Made by a program: the position numbers and the translations under genes. Under the pieces are notes generated by a model that was given only the letters and a program-made list of their open reading frames with translations, was not told where the DNA came from and ran no database searches. From the NCBI GenBank assembly GCA_964016885.1, contig OZ024746.1, positions 49,228,001 to 49,292,000 of the forward strand: a stretch of DNA of 64,000 nt. The letters are read 5' to 3'. Positions 41,732 through 57,888 of this stretch are shown here, one piece after another. Each line of letters opens with the position of its first letter. Position 1 is the first letter of the stretch. The stretch comes from Eledone cirrhosa (lineage: Eukaryota).

Positions 41732-42494
41732 ACGGTGACGTATCTTGGATTCCTGCCTGAGTTTATAAAGTACCAATCAAGTACTGCGCTTGATATAATT
41801 GACCATGACTTTAAAGGGGGCACTCTACGATGCTTACAGTCCAAAGACTAAAAGCATTGAACAAATAAAAGAAATATGCATGTGTGTGTAAAGGAATATA
41901 TTATATGCCTGTGAGTGTTTGTATGTGTATGCACGCATGTGTCTGTGTGTGTGTGTGTTTGTGTGTATGCGTTTGTGTGTTTGTGTGTGTGTGAAATAAA
42001 ATGAAAATGACTTGTAAACCTTGGTCAACAGAGAAAGTCAAACTATTTGCTATTTTCATATATGGCAGATATATGGATCAATTGTAGTAAAATTCTTCAA
42101 ATTCAGATCGCGCTTATCTACGAAACTCAATTTACTGAAATCATAGTATGTCGCAGTCATAGAATTTAATGGACTACTGCACTGTTTTCTTGCCCAAGGC
42201 GATGTTACTTCTGCAAACAGAAACATTTACATCTACATTTCAAGAAATCCTATTCGATTAAATGCTATGACTTCTATAACTATTTGAGCTCTAGTTTTTT
42301 CCTCCACGCCTGCCTTATTTCGTGCCACATCTACTCAGATATTGTGTGCAATTTGTGTTTATCTATATAGGTGTTTGAATCTTAGACTCTAATGGTTGTT
42401 TTGACACAAGCTAGCATATTCACATGGTAACTCTACCTTGAAAACAAATTGAAGAATTAACAGGGAATGATTGGAATTTTCTCTTTACTTTATT

Positions 42495-42616
42495 CTTCTT
42501 CTTTCCTCTTCTTCTTCTTCTTCTTTTGCTTCTTCTTCTTCTTCTTCTTCTTCTTCTTCTTCTTCTTCTTCTTCTTCTTCTTCTTCTTCTTCTTCTTCTT
42601 CTTCTTCTTCTTCTTC
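42495..42616 (+). repeat. (TTC)n microsatellite
   Basis: Direct inspection. Confidence 0.95.
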
Positions 42617-43494
42617 AACTTCTTCTCCAGTCCTCCTTCTCCTCTAATCAGATATATTGCTACCTATGACATTACCTATGAAGTTACCTATTCTTTACCT
42701 TACTGTAATCGTTATAGTTATTTCTATTGTTTTTTATTTGTTTTGTTTTTCCTTTTCCTCTTTCTTTTCCTTTCCTTTTCCTTTATTTTTCCTTTCCTTT
42801 CTATGTTTGATTTTGGTATAGTTGTTGTTTTAAAGATTGGTTCCATTGTTTTGTTTTGTATTTCACAGAGATTTTGATACCATTGTTACTGCTCCTGTAT
42901 TTGAAGATATCGTTTTATGTAAACAATTTATATTTTTGTTTTATCAAAGTTATGATTCACCATTGCCATTTTGTTTGTTTGTGTACATGCTATATTTGAA
43001 CAGAAAATATTTATCGATAATATGAAATAATTCTAGGTTTATGTGATTCAACACACGTACTCAATCATTATTTAATTATTATATTATGGTCTACTTTACA
43101 GTATAGATAAACACTTGGACAATATATTGGATAGATTAACAAATAAGTATCAAACACAAGTCAATAAATATTACTGAAAAGAAAATATTATTTGAAACTG
43201 AAATTGCTTTCTAGCGTGTGATGCTTCTTCATCTATTTCGTTTATTGGAAATAGAATTTAGCTAATCTACAAAATGGTGAAACGAGTATATACTATGTTA
43301 AAACATTAGTATTTTCTGTGTAAACCACAATGTTATATGTGAAGACATGATAGCACACAGTATGTTCTTAGGGAACATTAATCCTACAATAGTAGCTTAA
43401 AGACTAAAATTAAAAAGTCAATGAAGTACATGTATACTTTTATGAATACTTTAGTTTCGGTGGTCATTACGAACATATTTTTGTCGATTTATCA

Positions 43495-43862
43495 TGAACA
43501 ACTGACAGTATCGGTGGAGGGCCAGACGCCATGCTTTGACGCATAGAGTTACGGACCTTGCCATTCTGAGTTCAAATCGCACCGAGGTTAACTTTGTCTT
43601 TCATCCTTACGGGGTCGATAAAATAAAGTACCAGTAATGCACTGGGTATTTGCTGGCCTTGTGCCTAAAGTAGAAACAATTATTACATAACAGGTATGGA
43701 TTGGCAGTATTTGTAGTGGGTCGGAGGTCATGCTTTGCATCGTAAAGTTACTTCCCTTTACGGTCTAAGTTCAAATGCCCCCCGAAGTTAACTTTGACTT
43801 TCACCCTTATGTAATGCGCTTAGTTAGTTGCTGGCCTTGTGCCAAAAGTAGAAACAATTATT
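43495..43862 (+). mobile_element. Two tandem copies of the tRNA-derived SINE
   Basis: B-box GTTCAAAT, central domain, 3' end GCTGGCCTTGTGCC.AAAGTAGAAACAATTATT twice. Confidence 0.8.
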
Positions 43863-43916
43863 AAGTGATCTATTAAACTCCAGATTAATAGATCACTGGA
43901 TCAGCCTTAATAAACT

Positions 43917-43984
<68 letters not shown>

Positions 43985-44281
43985 TCTGTGTATATATATA
44001 TATATCATGTAAATTAGTCGAGAACTAGCTGTTGAAACAGCAAGAGACCAGCTGTTGGGCGCCGACTCTTTCTAATATATATATATATATATATGAATTA
44101 ACGTTAAGACATAAGATATTAATCGTATTTTGTGCAACTACGATTAAGTAACATCTGAACGTTAATTCATATATAGAAACTCCGTCGTGTTTAATCGCCA
44201 ACTTGTTGCTGGATATATACGACTGAGACGTCGTGTTTGTATATATTTGTATATAAGCATTTGTTTTAATATTTACGTCTG

Positions 44282-44326
<45 letters not shown>

Positions 44327-44328
<2 letters not shown>

Positions 44329-44506
44329 TGGGGTGTGGTAAAAAATCCAGGTGGACCATAACTAACCAGAGTACTCGATATTAGGGGTATTAGAGAGGCT
44401 AATATGAAAAGGTTCAGGACCCCGACGGCTGAGCTCCGGCCGTTTCGATAGCTAGATCCGAACGGATTCACTCGTGGGGTCCTTCGGGGTCCTGTATTTG
44501 TTCATA
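44327..44506. mobile_element. Family A mini-element (divergent subfamily), opposite orientation
   Basis: CCAGGTGGACCATAAC..AGAGTACTC..GGACCCCGACGGCTGAGCTC; short inverted arm TCGGGGTCCTG..TTCATA. Confidence 0.65.
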
Positions 44507-44511
44507 CACAC

Positions 44512-44551
<40 letters not shown>

Positions 44552-44552
44552 A

Positions 44553-45196
44553 TAGTAATAATAATAAATTAGAAGACTAAAATCCAAAGAGGGCTCGATA
44601 AGGATAAATATATATCAAATATATAAGAACCGTAGACCAAATATTTATTAAAATAACAGATTAAAATTTAAGCAAAGAATCGCTGCTTTCACTCTTAAAG
44701 GGATCTTCTGAAACTAACAAAGTCAATCTGTAAACGCAGAAGTGGATATTTCAAAAAAACGTTGCAACCGGAGGAAGACAGGAAGACGATACTTTGGTTC
44801 GTGGAAACGTTCCCTTGCAAAGAACGGGAAAAAACGAATATAATACGTCATTAATAGGAGCGGTCAAAAACAATTACTCGCAAAGACAAAATGGTATAAA
44901 AGAAGTCGTAGACTAATATTCTATTAGGTGCTTCATAGAGACGTTCTCTGGCAATGAACGAAAAAAACGAAGATAATACGTCATATGTGGAGCAGGGAGA
45001 CCAATTGCACACAAAGACAAAACCACGTAAATGGTATAACTGAAGTCGTAGACTAAAATTCTAACTCCGGTTGCAACGTTTTTTGAAATATTCACTTCTG
45101 CGTTCACAGATTGACTTTGTTAGTTTCAGAAGATCCCGTTAAGGGTGAAAGCAGTGATTCTTTGCTTAAACTTTAGTCTGTTATTTTAATAAATAT
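44553..45196. mobile_element. Family C fold-back element (arms ~44640-44773 / 45065-45196, unpaired tail 44553-44639)
   Basis: Reverse-complement arms, internal direct repeat in spacer; another piece at ~30994-31055. Confidence 0.75.
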
Positions 45197-45207
45197 ATAT
45201 ATATATA

Positions 45208-45655
45208 CAATATATTAACAAATGGAAACTATATTTATAAAACCATATTTATTTCATTATACATATTTCAAGGGCCACCAAGGTAAACTATGGTGCGGTT
45301 TCATCAGATAAAATATAATATAGGTTAGTTTTATAAATGAATATTGACATACCCTTAAAAAATGCAACTATTCAGGTTGGAATCTACACACAGAAATGCA
45401 ACCATTCTGGTTACATTTTTTAACGGTATGTCAATATTTATTTATAAAACTAACCTATATTATATTTTATCTGACGAAAGCGCACCATAGTTTACCTTGG
45501 AGGCCCTTGAAATATGTATAATGAAATAAATATGGTTTTATAAATATAGATTCCATTTGTTAATATATTGTATATTTACTCCAATAATTTGTTGAGTGCT
45601 TTATATCAGTTATAAAAATATTTTGCTTGTTGTATCCCAACAAATTAAATGAAAC

Positions 45656-45657
<2 letters not shown>
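45208..45657. mobile_element. Family B fold-back element with two hammerhead motifs (- 45250-45315, + 45463-45528) and unpaired tail 45571-45657
   Basis: TATTTTAT-CTGA(C/T)GA-stem II-GAAATATGTATA-ATGAAATA on each arm. Confidence 0.85.
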
Positions 45658-45693
<36 letters not shown>

Positions 45694-45701
45694 ACACACA
45701 T

Positions 45702-47812
<2,111 letters not shown>

Positions 47813-48498
47813 CGAATAGCGAGTGCAGATGAAAATGAGGAAAGTAGAAGCCGATTAGCCGCCAAATAGGGCCCAACAACCTGAGAATATTAACCACACG
47901 TTGGATATGTTTGGTAAAATATTTTCAAAAATAATTCGGATCGTATCATGGTTGAAAGACCTATGATCCATTTGTCTGATAGATTATAACTAACCTAGTA
48001 TTAAACCAACAACAATAATTACTTCTGTGTCACCTCGGGAAGATGTCAACATTTAAGTGTCCGACTTCGATCGGTAAAATTTACTGATATCTCATTCAGA
48101 CATTATGTGAGGCGTTTTAATATTTAGTACTGCTTATTTCTAATCTATTGATTGTCATATATGTTATTTCATATCTTTTATCTTTTTGTTTTGCCGTTAG
48201 AGAATAACTTGAGCATCTTGCTGAAGAACTGACAAATTAAAAATTACAACAAAGAAAAAACATCATTATAGTATAAAAAGTTATTGAAATAAAGGTACAA
48301 ATAAAGTAAAAATAATAGCTTATTCTATTGTGGCTTATAGATTAGCTTTTTTTCTGTAGTGCCGCAGGAAGATTACATATATATATGAGTGTGTGTGTGT
48401 GTATGTATATGTGTATATATATATATATATATACATATATAAACACATACATATATATATATATTTACATATATATTTATATTTATATATGCGTGTGT

Positions 48499-48535
<37 letters not shown>

Positions 48536-48717
48536 CCGGTTTTACCTGTTTTCTATTATGTCGTTAGGTCAATGTTATCATTCCTATCGGAAATATATCT
48601 TCTATCTGTTCGTTAAAGTATGATTTTATTAACTTCATACTGTTATTTCCGTTATTTTACTTCCATAGTAAAAAGCCTATCTCTGTCACTCTATCACTCC
48701 ATGTCTGTCTCCGAGTC

Positions 48718-48796
<79 letters not shown>

Positions 48797-48798
<2 letters not shown>

Positions 48799-49216
48799 AA
48801 AGTTATATTTAAAATTGTTGGGTTACAACTAGTAAATATTTATAACTGATATAAAAGCACTCGACAAATATTTGGGGTATATTTACAATATTAAATAAAT
48901 GGAAACTATATTTATAAAACCATATTTATTTCATTATATATATTTCGGGGATATTCTATTAACAATATGCTATGCCTTCCTCAGACAAAATACAATATAA
49001 ACAGTTTTATAGATAAATAGATTCGACATACCGTAACAACACCGACTTGCATTATGCAAGTCGGTGTTGATACGGTATGTCGAATCTATTTATCTATAAA
49101 ACTGTTTATATTGTATTTTGTCTGAGGAAGGCATAGCATATTGTTAATAGAATATCCCCGAAATATATATAATGAAATAAATATGGTTTTATAAATATAG
49201 TTTCCATTTATTTAAT

Positions 49217-49220
<4 letters not shown>
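48797..49220. mobile_element. Family B near-perfect palindrome centred at 49053 with two hammerhead motifs (- 48927-48992, + 49114-49179) and unpaired tail 48797-48885
   Basis: CCGACTTGCA-TTA-TGCAAGTCGG centre; CTGAGGA..GAAATATATATA core; (TA)n on both sides. Confidence 0.85.
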
Positions 49221-49273
<53 letters not shown>

Positions 49274-49608
49274 GATTAAAAAAGACAAGAAACTTATTTT
49301 AGTTTAACGCTTTTGGGATAAGAAAAACAGAAATCGCAATGTGAAGGACATTTGGCCTTCATCGGGAAAGGGTAAAGTTAGAAGAGAGGCGGTAGTTGCA
49401 TCTTGAAGAAAAGAGAAAAGTAATAGAAAAACGCAAAGAGAGGTATAGAGAAAGAAAATAAATACACAGAATAGGAAATATGTAAAAAGGTAGGAAAGTC
49501 GTGGAAGATTGGTTTAGTGCACGGTCATATTATAAAATCCATAAAATTATATGTGATCCTAAGTGTGATTGAGAAGAATATGGAGTTGCCAAGTTTATAT
49601 ATATATAT

Positions 49609-49725
49609 ATGAAAAGTGCCAGGACCCTGACAGCTGAGCTCCGACCATTTCAACAGCTAGATCCTAGTATTGAGTACTCTGGTGCGTTATGGTCCACCTG
49701 GTATCTTACCACATCATCTTTGTTC
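49609..49725. mobile_element. Family A mini-element: inverted arm joined directly to tail
   Basis: GGACCCTGACAGCTGAGCTCCGACCATTTC then GTATTGAGTACTCTGGTGCGTTATGGTCCACCTGG. Confidence 0.65.
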
Positions 49726-50473
49726 TTTGTATAGTAAGGAAAAAAATAGAAGTTGTTAGAGAATTCAGTCAAAAAGAACCAGTACAGTATAGTTAGTTCC
49801 ACAACAAATTAACAAACCATACTTGAGGTCACGTGTTTCACCCGAAGGATTATTCAACTCGTGTATAGTTATAGTGAGAACACTAGTAATTATGAACTGA
49901 CTGGATTCTGCGCAGATGTCAGTAACTGATTCTGTGACAATGGAGGTAACTCGAGTATGATTGTTGTTGGGGGGAGGGACAACTTTAGAAGTACGATCCC
50001 TTGTGATATTTCAGCCAGGGTTAATCTTCTGGTTATCTTGAGTCCTTCCAGTTACATAATAAAAATTTCACCAGCTAGGTGCAGTGATTTTAAAACATCG
50101 GCTCTTTTGTTTTTGCAAGCACTGTTTCGTAACCTCTGCAAGATATTTGTTCTTTCATCAGATTTGGTACAAGGACTCCAAACGCCCCCCACCCAACTCC
50201 CACCCAAAACTTTTGAAAATTAGTGGGTGTTTATACCAAAATGCATGAAATTGCTTCTCGAGTGTTTATTGGGGGGCATACAATGTGAATCTATGAATAT
50301 CATTCATATTAAATATTTCAGGAAACCTGAATCTTTCGTAATTTTCAGAGTTTAATTTGATCAATTTACACAAGGGTGTATACACATATCAGTGCATGTG
50401 AATGTGTGTGTGTGTGTTTGCGTGTGTATATATACAGAGAGAAGTGTTTATAGAAGTAGTAGTAGATGTTATT

Positions 50474-50512
<39 letters not shown>

Positions 50513-52936
50513 ATTTTTGTCGTTGTTATTGTTGTGCCACTGCCAACACCAACACCACTACGACCACCACTACTTCTATAAATACTTCTGTCTATATACA
50601 CACACACACACACACACACAAACACCATTATTGTTGTTGTTATTATTATTACTATTAATATTATTATTATTGTTATGTGAGACTAATGGTTTAATGAGCT
50701 ATGTTAGCTATATCAAAGACGTTCTCTGGCTGTTGTATATTTTAAGGCAAAATATGTAAATTGAATAATTTGTTAATGATTAAATTGATTGAAAGTAACG
50801 TCAAGTGGATTTGTTATAAAATTGCAAACTTCATTTATTATAATCGATATGTAAACTATTAATGCCTTACTTTCCTTGCGGGGGAAGTGTGGAGGTAGTT
50901 GTGTGTTGGAAGAGGTAGAGATATGATCAAGATAACGGTTTGATTGCTTAAATAACCAGATAGATAAGCAATTCAGAGAGATGTATTGGCGTCAATCAAA
51001 CTAATAGGGTTTTTGTTTTTTTTCGAAAATATTGACATTATAGACTATCTAATAAGTAGCTTCATTTTCAAGTAGAGCGAAATTTATGTACCGTGGGGAA
51101 GGGGGAAGAACATACATAACAATTATGAATTTGTCTTTGTACATATCTGGGGTGAAGTTGTACAGCTTAGTGGTTATGCTGTTCGGCTCACTTGATTCTC
51201 GGCGCAGTGTGAACTTGAACATGACACTTTATTTTACAATGTTTCAGTTCATTTATTTGGGAAAACATGACTTGTACGTGTAAGTCAAAGTACCAGTCTT
51301 GATGAACACTGTGTCAGGCTGAATTGCCTGGAGATTTAATTTAAAGGTACGCGTGTCTTTCGAATGCTCTGTGACTTGCCCTTTAATTTCGCGAGCAAGA
51401 TGACCCTTTGAACGAATCAACGGTAACACACAATTTGGATTAAATGGATATCCAACAACAACAGAGGTCTTAGTTTTGATGATTTTCTGTGTGTTCATCT
51501 TAATTACTATCTACTAAGCCAAAGAAGTAGCAGAATAATTCTGTGTTCTGGAGAATTTCATTTAAAAATTACCTTATCGGTGTTGTTGTCGCTTCTCTTG
51601 TTGTTGTTGACACCTGTAAGATGATGTGTATAATTGCGTAACTTCTTTTTCATTCATTTATATAAAAACGTTGGGGTTAAATGCCAAGCTTAGAAGTAAT
51701 ATTTCGATTATGATTGATTTCGGAAAGCCAGTACAATGTAAATTAGAAATAAACGAATGAAGACTAAAGTAGAATAAAATAATCGAAACAAAACAAAGCA
51801 ACAGTTTAAACTTCTATCCTGTATTTCATGATATTTCGAGGTTATGATCTCTCTTTCAAAAGAAAGATGTAATGTGTGGTACTGAGAACGAGCTAAATAA
51901 TATTTCCTTTCTTTTTTATCTCTCTTCTAAGAACAGAAATTAGCTAGAGGTGATATTAGGTTCGATACCTTGATAACATACTTCATGCACCATGAAAAGA
52001 AAAAAAAAGAAGTCTAACATTGGCATTTAACCTCTAACAATATCGAAGATTCTATTGCTACCATAACATATTGCGACAGACTTTCTTTTGTGCATCTAGT
52101 CAATACAATTACTTCATAGCCCAGCAACTTAGGAACTTGGAAACATTATACGCACGCGAACAGAGAATATATATATTTATACATATATATATATATGTGT
52201 GTGAGTGTTTGTGTGTGTGTATGTGTGCGTGTGTGTGTGTGTGTGTATGTGTGGGTGTGTTTGGGTGTGTGTATGTGTGTGTGTGTGCCTGTCTGTCTGT
52301 TTGTGTGTGTTTAGAAAAATTGAAAATCTCGAACTTAGGAAAATAGCTTTAGAATCTCTGGTAAAATACACCCATAAGGGGAAAATGTCTTCAGCAGCCG
52401 CTGCAGAAAACTTTTAAGAGGCACCTAGTTCGTTTCTGTGTAACGGCTACTGGCCACTATTTCCTTCTACAAGGTATTTTACTTGATTTTCTAAAGCTGT
52501 GATAACGACTACTTCTCTGCGTTCGAGATTTTCTACATTTCAAAATACATTTTCTACATTTCAAAACACTCGACATTCCAAGTTTTATTTATAAAATGTT
52601 AACTTGTTCTAGCTTAATTGCTAGAAATTAATGTTTTGTCTTTCGTCTCTTACTCCACTGGACGGCGTTTGGCTTGTATCAGACGCTGTGACCCCGGATG
52701 TACAAGCAGTAACGTTGGTAGAGCTCAAAACTTCCAACGACCACCCCAATGGCCGTTGCTCCAAGAGTTCTGTTTTTCATTTGTAGTTTTATTTTTTTTT
52801 TTAAACTTATAATGTTCCCCTTAAAACATTGTTTTTCGTTTTGCCTTGTTTTCATTTGGTGTCTTGATCTTTCTGTTAATTTTCGTAAAATTCAACATTA
52901 TATATATATATGTGTGTATATAATATAATATAATAT

Positions 52937-53570
52937 AATTGTTTCTACTTTTGGCACAAGGCCAGCAATCACCCAGTGCATTACTGGTACTTTATTTTAT
53001 CGACCCCGTAAGGATGAAAGGAAAAGTTAACCTCGGCGGGATTTGAACTCAGACCATAAAGGGCCGTAACTCTTTGCTGCAAAGCATGGCGTCCGACCCT
53101 CTACCGATACTGCCAATCCTAACATAATATAATATAATATGGTTTCTTATATAGGCACAAGGCCAGTAATTTGGGGGGAGGGGACAGTCGATTAAATCGA
53201 CCCCAGTGCGTGACTGGTACTTTATTTTATCTACCCCATAAGGATGAAAGGCAAAGTTAACCTCGGCGGGATTTGAACTCAGTCCGTAAAGGGACGTAAC
53301 TGTGCTGCAAAGCATGGCGTCCGACCCTCTACCGATACTGCCAATACACCACGCTCATAATATAATATAATATAATATAATTGTTTCTACTTTAGGCACA
53401 AGGCCAGCAATTACCCAGTGCATTACTGGTACTTTATTTTATCGACCCCCGTAAGGCTGAAAGGCAAAGTTAACCTCGGCGGGATTTGAACTCAGAATGG
53501 CATGGGCCGTAACTCTATGCGTCAAAGCATGGCGTCCGACCCTCTACCGATACTGCCAATTCACCACCCT
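52937..53570 (-). mobile_element. Three tandem SINE copies separated by (ATAAT)n
   Basis: Three repeats of TTTCT..GGCACAAGGCCAG..GGCGGGATTTGAACTCAG..CCGATACTGCCAAT. Confidence 0.9.
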
Positions 53571-53571
53571 T

Positions 53572-53838
53572 AATAATATAATATAATATAATATAATATA
53601 ATATAATATAATATAATATAATATAATATAATATAATATAATATAATATGAGATGAGATGAGATGAGATGAGATGAGATGAGATGAGATGAGGTGAGGTG
53701 AGGTGGTGTGGTGTGGTGTAATGTAGTGTAATGTAGTGTAATGTAGTGTAGTGTAATGTAATGTAATGTAATGTAATGTAATGTAATATAATATAATATA
53801 ATATAATATAATATAATATAATATAATATAATATAATT
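53572..53838 (+). repeat. Compound pentanucleotide microsatellite
   Basis: (ATAAT)n-(ATGAG)n-(GTGAG)-(GTGTG)-(GTAAT/GTAGT)n-(ATAAT)n. Confidence 0.95.
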
Positions 53839-54250
53839 ATATGTGAGTTGGATCGTTCGTGACTGTGTGTGTGTGGACAAACAAGATTAAAACACTTATG
53901 TTAATGAAATTATATGATGACTATGTAAATAGGTAATGACACAGAAAGTAGGTCCATAATTACGCGTCTAATTGTTTGAATGCTAGCGATTAGGAAAGCC
54001 CCGAATTATACAGTAGCCCCTCATTGATATTTATCACGTGAAGCACCCCATCCCATGACTATCTAGCTTATTCACGAGAATTAATGTCTGTGAAATGTAA
54101 GGTAAAAGAGTATATATGGATGTTCTGATTTGTATCTTATTTTATTCTAGTTTTCGTTGTGACGAACTCTGAAGAATAGGAATGACAAAACCGTTTGTTT
54201 TGTGTTCTATTCTAGTTGGTGTTTATGGAGCATTAGATTATAAATGAAAT

Positions 54251-54746
54251 ATTTGTTTCTAATTTAGCCACCAGGCCAGCAATTTGAAGGGGAGGGGAAA
54301 GTCGATTAACTAGACCCCAGTGCATTAGTTGTCCTTTATTTTATCGACCCCATAAGGATGAAAGGCAAAGCCAACCTCGGCGGGATTTGAATTCAGACCG
54401 TAAAGAGCCGTAACTATATGATGCGAAGCATGTTGTCAGGCCCCCTACCGATTCTGTCAATCCAGCACCCTAATTTTAAATGAAATAATTGTTTCTACTT
54501 TTGGCTCAAGGCCAGCAATTATCCCAGTGTATTACTGGTACTTTATTTTATCGACCCCGTAAGGATGAAAGGCAAAGTTAACCTCGACGGGATTTGAACT
54601 CAGACCATAAAGGGTCGTAACTCTATGCTGCAAAACATGGCGTCCGACCCTCTAGCGATACTGCCAATCCACCGCCCTGAAATGAAATAATTGTTTCTAC
54701 TTTAGGCACAAGGCCAGCAAATACACAGTGCATTACTGGTACTTTA
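54251..54746 (-). mobile_element. Two full and one truncated SINE copies in tandem
   Basis: Same SINE family; ATGAAATA recurs at every junction. Confidence 0.88.
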
Positions 54747-55117
54747 TGAAATAATGATCACTATCGTCAGTCAAAATGTCAGACTTCTTGCTGTATATAG
54801 CTGGTCATGGTATCATAGTTAAATATGTTATTGAAATATCGATTAAGACATTCTCTTCGAAATGAGGTCGCATGTCATCCGTCTTCATCATTAATTATAA
54901 TCTGTTACGGTTTGCTTCCCAGCCTCAATGAAGTAGGAGGAAGATAGATAAGGAGAATGAGAGAAAGATGGAATCGAGGGATGATTGGTTGAATGTGTGG
55001 GAGGATGAACAGAGTGGGGGATGTGTAGACGGAGGATAAATGTAAAGAGAGGTACTCGATACGTTGGATAAATACATGGCTAGATAATTTCATTTAGGAG
55101 TGTGTATATGTGTGTAA

Positions 55118-55212
<95 letters not shown>

Positions 55213-55215
55213 TGC

Positions 55216-55269
<54 letters not shown>

Positions 55270-55934
55270 GTGTGTGAATGAAACAAGCGAATCAAACACA
55301 CACAAAAAGAAGAGAAAAACATATAACAAAGCTACACAGTATATATAACAAACCCACACAGTAATAGAATAGTAACATACGTAATATGGTAGTATTGATT
55401 CTGGAACTCTCGAAACAACTGTATAGATATACCCAGGAAACATTTCAACAGTTCTCATCATATAACAATTATTCTTTTTTGACACATTATTATAGGCTTG
55501 TATACAGAGTATTATTGAAAGACGATAAGTTCGGAATGAAAACGAAGAAAAATGCCTGCACTCTATCATTCTTAAAATAATATATTGTCCAGAAAATAGA
55601 TGTTCATATATTTTATTTTACAAATTATCTTTCTCTCTGTCGTATTCTCTCTATATCCTCTCTCTCACTCTCTCTCTCACTCTCTCTCCCCCTCTCTATC
55701 TCCCCCTCTCTCTCTCTCTTTCTCTCTGTCATTGTCAGTGTATGTGACAGGGAGAGAGAGTGAGAGCCAGTGAGAGAGAGATGGGTAGATATATAGATAT
55801 ATAGATATATAGATCAATATGCATAGGCATTTGCCTGTGCATATGTGTATATGTGGAAGAATGTATATATAATTATGTGAATTTATACATACATTCATAC
55901 ATGCATACAAACATACATACATGTAAAACACAGA

Positions 55935-56740
55935 CCATAGAGGGGATAAACCACTCAAAAAGCCTGGAATGGAGTTCCGACAAGTTTATGACATCACACC
56001 TTGAGGGATATCTCTATGCAATACATAAACAAGAACTCCCTACCAAATATCTGCTGCACAAAAGGGGAAGGCCATCAGCTGACAATAAATATAGGCTATG
56101 TAAAACAAAGATCGAGGATGTAAGCCACATTGTTGCCAGCTGCGAAAGAATGTCATCTCGCTACTACCTCCCCATGAGACACGATGGGATAGCTAGAACC
56201 ATCTAGAACGCACTTCGGAAAACAAAATTAACAACAAACGAGGAAGAATATATTGAGACAGATGGCACTAAGGAATTTAAAGTTGGTAGAACCTGAAGAT
56301 AAAAACTGCCACCAAATTAAAGCACAACCGGCCTGATATTGTTGTTTGGGACCACACATTGAAAACGTGTTCTGTTGTGGAGGTCAGCTGCCAACTTGAT
56401 GTAAACGTTGTCAGAAAAATACAGGAGAAGGAGGACATCTACGGACCATTGATGAGGAGTTTGCGAATCCAGTATCCAAGATACACCTTTAGCTTCATAC
56501 CCATCATTATTGGAGCTACGGGTTATAAACCAACCCGTTTGGACCAAAGTATGACTGAACTTGGATTCGCGGACAAAGAGCGCAGCTCCCTAATTCATAG
56601 TCTACAAATGGCTGCGATAGCTGGCACCTTCAAAATTTGCAAAACATTCTTGCGATTCAATTTCTTTTCTTTTACAACCTTGCCACCAGGAAGGTGGCCG
56701 GTCAAAAAAATATACTCGAAATTAAGAGAAAGAGATAATA
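55935..56740 (+). mobile_element. Degenerate 3' fragment of an RLE LINE related to 23417-27482, ending in (CATA)n
   Basis: SHLEGYLYAI..QE..TKYL, RLC..KIEDVSHIVASC..MSSRYYLPMRHD, HNRPDIVVWD..VVEVSC. Confidence 0.8.
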
Positions 56741-56787
56741 CATACATACATACATATATACGTTTATGAATACAGATATCGATATAC

Positions 56788-56820
<33 letters not shown>

Positions 56821-56874
56821 TGTATGTATGTATGTATGTATGTATGTATGTATGTATGTATGTATGTATGTATG

Positions 56875-57483
56875 TCAGGTCACCAGTTAGTGCTACTGGT
56901 AACATGTATCCCAGTACAACCTGTCTCATGGTCGGGTCGTTGGCGACTAAACTGGCAACCCCACCAAGGTTTCTTGGTGAGGTGGGTGACTTTGAACATC
57001 CTGCAGGACTAAAAACAAAACCTGTCAAAGGGCAAAGGAGCTCTTAAGAGTCAATGGCCATCCAAAATCACCGGGAGAGATGACCCCTTAGCCTTTGTCA
57101 AGACAGAATTCTAAGAGAAGGAAAACTCTGATATAACACCTGCAATCCTGATGGTATCCAATGATGTTGACTTGTTCTTCTTTTTGGTAAATATCATCTT
57201 GGTTAAGAGAGTGGGACTGGCTTTGTGCAGTGCCTTTGCTCACTATAAAAGCTTCACGGCACAGGCATTGCTTTATATATGGAGATCTCTCTGCACTTGT
57301 CGTCACATGGTTCCATGGGCACAGCACTATGTGTCAGTAATTGTCACAAGTGTAGTGTTTGTACCAGAGTTTTCAAGTCGCTGGCTGGACTAAAAAGTCA
57401 CACTCGTTCAGCGCATCGGTAGGGGTTCTCCTACATGGATATAAAGTAGTGGCCGTACTCGAAAACGAGTTGGCAGCCACCAT
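56875..57483 (+). mobile_element. About 610-bp RTE-derived bipartite non-autonomous element between (TATG)n tracts
   Basis: RTE-like 5' UTR motifs (CTAAACTGGCAACCCCA; AGAAGGAAAACTCTGA), relic finger HKCSVCTRVFKSLAGLKSHTRSAHR* at 57345-57422, 3' hairpin, (TATG)n tail. Confidence 0.7.
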
Positions 57484-57888
57484 GTATGTATGTATGTATG
57501 TATGTATGTATGTATGTATGTATGTATGTATGTATGTATGTATTTGTATACATTGGAGTTTGAGCCAAATCTCCGAAGAGATATAAAAATCATATTGATG
57601 ATTTGTGTATTCTTTTCTCGTGTTGCTTATTCACTAGCAGCCAGAGCCACTGGTATAACTAGAGACCGGGTACCGCTTTATGCATTGAAACCGAGTTACT
57701 ACGCAACCTAGAGTGGACTGCGGAATACATGAGCGTTGTTTTCCGTGTTGTTCAAGTGGATAGTCTCGTATATATATATTGTGTTATATACATTCGTGTG
57801 CATGTGTGGTTTTTAGGCAATCACATTAGAAGAGTCAGCTACACTCTGACAGCCAACCAGAGAGGTGCTATATTATTTACTCTAAAAT

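Noticed and set aside
50120-50170. CTGATGA..GAAAC on the minus strand
   Set aside because: No stem II or stem I pairing.
52937-54746. CRISPR-like or tRNA-gene array
   Set aside because: Units are about 190-bp SINEs with a tRNA-like head but no cloverleaf; eukaryotic context, no cas genes.
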